From positions 744,001 through 808,000 of the forward strand of contig OZ374558.1 in NCBI GenBank assembly GCA_977862235.1: a DNA stretch of 64,000 bases. The letters are read 5' to 3'. Numbering within the stretch: position 1 is the stretch's first letter; each line of letters begins with the position of its first letter. A program made the translations under genes and the position numbers. Under the pieces are notes generated by a model. The model had not been told where the DNA came from. It saw only the letters and a program-made list of their open reading frames with translations, and did no database searches. Source of the stretch: Dudresnaya verticillata (lineage: Eukaryota). Shown here piece after piece: positions 59,443-64,000 of this stretch.

Positions 59443-62400
59443 TTCGACTGGGGAACTTCAACCGGAAACATTTCCGATCGACGTTCAAGGGTCACGAACC
59501 GACAAGAAGGAGGATATAACTCCAAAGACCATACTGCAGAACCCTGCAAGGACTAGTCGGACCTCGGCCCCGCCACCAATGGCTGGATTACGCCGGCCCT
59601 GGCACCGGTACCGTCCACCGCATGCACAAGGCGAATTGCTGATAGCGGCAAAGCGCAACTTTAAAGTCTACGCAGATACGGGTTTACACCCAAGCTACCT
59701 ATCGCGTAAACTTACTGTGCTAGATACCGGTGCCGGTCCCAACTTTATCAGGAAATCGGAACTACCCCCTCAAGCGGAATCCCGCATTCGAGACGGGGAC
59801 ATCCCCACCATCAGCGACGCCAACAACAGGCCGTTGCAAACATCCGGCGTCATCGCCTTGGTCGTTCGACTGGGCGACCGTATTGTCAAACTTGACTTTA
59901 TAGTCTGCGAGAGACTCGCCGCCCCGGTCATCCTCGGATGTGACTTCTGCGATCGTTTCGTAGAAGCCATCTACCCGAGGAGCCGTGAAGTCGAACTCGA
60001 CAATGGAACTCGCCTGCCGATTACACGGCGACCGCTGAGACGACCACCCACGGCTCCTCCACTACCTGACGATCAGGAGTACGAGCCACTAAGAGGACAT
60101 ACCTCAACAAAAATACGCGTAGCGGGACGAACCGTAATCCCAGCCCAAGCGCAAAAGTGGGTTTCAGTAACCACAGAACGCGCGGGGCTGATTTGCCTTC
60201 AGCCCTACGACAAGCCGTATCACCGGCAAGGAATCATCGCAACGAATGGAATAGCCCATGTTGAACCAAAGCGGCCGTTCCGCATTCTAGTCGCGAACTT
60301 CACCACGCACGACCAAGTTCTTCCTAAGAACCAGGTCGTCGCGACCGCCCTCCCGCACCCCACCGCCGTGGTGCCCAGTCCCATCCGGCTGGCGGACGTG
60401 CTTGGGTTGGCGGACATAGCGGACGATGCCGCCACAAAGTCCCAACGATTGGGCAGACTGTCGAATACGACAAACAAAGGTGACGCCCACGCGAAGACCC
60501 TTGAAGCTGAAAACGAACCCCCACCTTCGGTGGACGACGTGGATTTATCCCACCTGCCGGAAAATCACGCCGAGCGTGTTCGGCAATTACTTGGTAGGTT
60601 TTCTACAATGTGGGATGGTTCACTAGGTGAAATCACCACTACGGAACATTACATCGATATGATTCCGGGTACGAGGCCGTTCTCGTGTCCACCCTATTGG
60701 GCGGGTCCGAAGCAACGCCAAGTGGAACAAGCGGAAGTTGACCGCATGCTACGAGCTGGCGTCATAGAACCGGCACAGTCTCCCTGGGCGTCTCCAGTTG
60801 TTTTGGTGCCCAAAAAGGACGGTACCTTACGATTCTGTGTCGATTACCGACGTTTAAATGCCGCGACCGTTCGGGATACATACCCGTTACCGCGCATCGA
60901 TGAATGTATCGATTCACTCGGCGAAGCAAATGTCTTTACTGCGCTCGATTGCAACTCGGGGTATTGGCAAATTCCCATCAACGGTCGCGATCGTGAAAAA
61001 ACCACGTTTACATGCCATGCGGGAACCTTCCGCTACAAGAGAATGCCATTTGGCCTTACCAATGCACGCGCTACCCTCCAGCGGACCCTGGATATCCTGA
61101 TCTCAGGTCTCAAGTGGCATACATGCCTCGTTTACTTGGACGATGTTATCATCTACTCCAAGGACGTGGACTCCCACTTTAAACATGTCGAGCAGATCCT
61201 GACTGCATTGGACCAAGCCGGGGTTACCCTCAAACTGAAGAAATGTGACTTATTCACAAACACCGTCAACTACTTGGGCCATATCATCCGCCCCGGCGAA
61301 CTGCGGGTCGACCCAACAGTCACTGCGGCCCTCCGCAAAGCGAAACACCCACGTACACAAACGGAATTGAGGTCTTTTCTCGGATTGTGTAACGTTTATA
61401 GGAGGTTTGTCCCCAATTACTCTCACGTGGCAGGACCACTGAACCGGCTCCTCAAAAAGGATCACCCGGACAATATTGAGTCGCTCGACGACAAACAAGA
61501 GGCCGCGTTCCAGACGCTGATCAAAGCTGTCACGGAACCTCCGGTACTATCTCTGCCAAAACCTGGCTTGCCCTACTCTGTCGATACCGACGCGTCGAAT
61601 TACCAGGTCGGCTGTGCCTTATTCCAAACGCACACCGACGGTACGCGGAAACCCCTCGGGTACTGGTCCCGTTCTCTGCAAGCCGCCGAAAAGAATTACT
61701 CGGTTTCCGAGAAGGAGTGTTTGGCACTGGTGTGGGCTGTTACCACTTTACGGCCCTACCTACAAATGGAAAAGTTTACCATACACACCGATCACTCCTC
61801 TCTTCGTTGGCTAATGGAGATTAATAATCCCTCCGGGCGCCTTATTCTCTGGCGCCTACGTATGTCGGAATTCGACTTTGACGTCTGCTACAAAAAGGGA
61901 CACATCAACACCCAAGCGGACGCCCTTTCACGTCTTCAAACGCTTGGCGAAACCCAAGTCGACATCGACGACGAAATTCCGTGCTTCCACGTTGAGGCGA
62001 ACGCTCCTTCACACTGCGCCGTTTGCGATACGGAGGACTTCCTCGAATTGGATGACGCCGTCGCCGATCGCCTCCTCCTGGCGAATCCGCCTTCATCACA
62101 GCCCGAGCTCTTGCGCCCTATCACGACGGAAGAGCTTCTTCAAACGCAACTAGCAGATGCTTTCTGCACCTCCCTGCGTTCTCGTCTTAACGGGGGGGAG
62201 GGGTTACCGTTCGCGCTGGACGAGACAGGAGTCCTCATTCGAACACGAGAGGCACTTCCTCAAATTGTAATACCATTTACTCTTCGCGCACGTGTGCTAC
62301 ACCTGGCAAACTTCCCGAAACTATCCGGACATCCTGGTGGTCGCAAGATGTACTACTCACTCCGTAGATCATTCTACTGGCCTTCCATGGCTGTGGACTG

Positions 62401-64000
62401 TTACGCCACCGTAAGAAACTGCACAACCTGTGCACGCAATCGCGTTATGCTACGCCGTAATACAAAGCACATGAAGCTGTTTCCAGCAAAAGCACCCCTG
62501 GAGTTTGTCTCCATTGACATCTATGGCGAACTGATTCGCACGAAACGAGGCAATCGCTTCCTCTTGGTCATCACAGACCGTTTCTCCAAACTCGTTCGGA
62601 CAGTTCCGATGAAGAAGATTACGGCTGCGAAAGTTGCCGAAGCGTTCATTACGCATTGGGTCTACGTCTACGGACCCCCGTTGTACCTACTATCGGATAA
62701 TGGCGGACAATTTGCCGCAAAGTTGTTTCAGTCGTTATGTGGAACTTTGGGGATCAAAAACCTCTTTACTACAACCTATCACCCCTAATGCAATGGGCAG
62801 GTTGAGCGGTTCAACCGCACCATGCGCGCCGCGCTACTGCACTACGTTGCGGACCACCCGCGTGAATGGGATTTATTCTCAGATGCCATCACCTACGCGT
62901 ACAATACGCAAGTTCATTCTACCACGAACCTGGCCCCCTTCCAACTGGTACTTTCCAGGCCTCCATCCGCTCTAAGCGTCGAGGCACATCCCTCACTGGA
63001 ACCAGTGCCGAGTTCGGCTACATTCCACGCCAAGTGGCAATCCTGGCTCACAGGACTACTGTCAACGGCCACGAAAGGCGTTGACCAGACACAAGCGCGA
63101 TACAAGCGCAATTTCGATAACAGGGTACGTCCCTCACGCGACGTCATCGGAGAAGACTCCTACGTCTACGTACGCAAGGAGTACTATGATAAGGATACCC
63201 CAAAACACAAACTGGCGCCTATCGCCGACGGCCCCGATCGCGTGAGTGACGCAAATGATAAGACGGTCACCGTCGAGAAGGACGGACCTGAATACGAGCG
63301 GATTTCCCGCGACAGAGTCGTGTTGGCACCCGCCCCACCAAGGGATGCGACCAACCAAGCCAATGCCGAAGGGACAGCAGGCCCGACAGATGCGGATTTA
63401 CCACCAACGAACGATCTCAATAACGATCATACTCGAGTACAGTACTCTGAAGGAGCTACTGTGTTTCACGGGGAAAATGCCCCAATTACTTTTCATGCTG
63501 TAGCGCCAGCCATACAGCCACGCAATGATCGCGGGCTGGCGGATTTACCACCGCTGACGGTACCCGGGCGCACTGCTGGCGTCCGAATGCGGACTACCGC
63601 AATACATTCACCACCGACCACACGCGCTGAATCCGCTGTCTGCACGCCAACCCCTGCTCCCGCAAACCCGAAGCCGGGATCTGAGCCAGCAAACGAAGCC
63701 CTCGCCGACGGGCACCCCATTGCGGATCAACCGCACTCCGCTTCGGCAAGTGCCAAGGCCGTCAACGGTACAGTAGGGGAGGAAATGCCTCGTCAGCAGC
63801 AATCTGCACCCAACACCGGCACAACTGCCGCCCCGGTAAATATTACTCAAGGGGAGCCCCTCTCACAACGAACGAGAACTACCCTTGATAATGTGGACAT
63901 TCCACAAGGAGAAACAAAGCCGGGGCCCCCTAGTCAGGCCGAAACCCGACGCGTTGATGGTAAGGATCACGCCCTCAAAAGCGCGACACGCGATGTGTCG
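59417..64000 (+). pseudogene. pol with a premature stop in integrase (TAA 62786-62788)
   Basis: LDTGAG, YLDD, DAS..EKE..TDH..ADALSR, GHPG..C..C, SIDI, SDNG, then YHP*CNGQVERFN (expected Q, CAA>TAA). The frame stays open to the window end. Confidence 0.93.

Larger units (their letters stand above)
55920..64000 (+). mobile_element. Ty3/Gypsy LTR retrotransposon, defective, runs off the window
   Basis: gag and pol in PR-RT-RH-IN order. The left boundary rests on the putative LTR. Confidence 0.92.

Overview
Eukaryotic nuclear DNA that is intron-poor and rich in transposons. A florideophyte red alga is my best guess (GT-AG intron with CTAAC branch point, TIR-domain remnant, WLDD-type Gypsy, signal-peptide+LPS..R secreted proteins), but the sequence does not prove it. 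Bases 1-24879 are a head-to-tail array of a 4763-bp unit: 5 full copies with identical ORF translations plus a slightly diverged partial sixth. Each unit carries an unknown charged 322-aa ORF and a two-exon CAP/SCP/PR-1-domain gene that the ORF track splits. Bases 24.9-39.5 kb are a nested transposon and duplication zone: a 1.1-kb duplicated block with a Tudor-like gene (one copy broken), a CRE-like non-LTR remnant split by a very recent chromodomain Ty3/Gypsy element (identical 279-bp LTRs, AAGG TSD), a LINE fragment, hAT-like MITE remnants, a TIR pseudogene and a second CRE-like fragment. Bases 41-54.5 kb hold host genes: two related 129-aa secreted cationic cysteine-rich proteins, two repeat-containing disordered proteins (one with KEN and D-box degrons) and a protein with a non-canonical bromodomain. 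The window ends in nested LTR elements: a probable minus-strand LTR followed by a defective Gypsy with a -1 gag/pol frameshift signal. The best candidates for new biology are the amplified CAP cassette, the secreted cysteine-rich family, and Gypsy elements with no tRNA primer-binding site.
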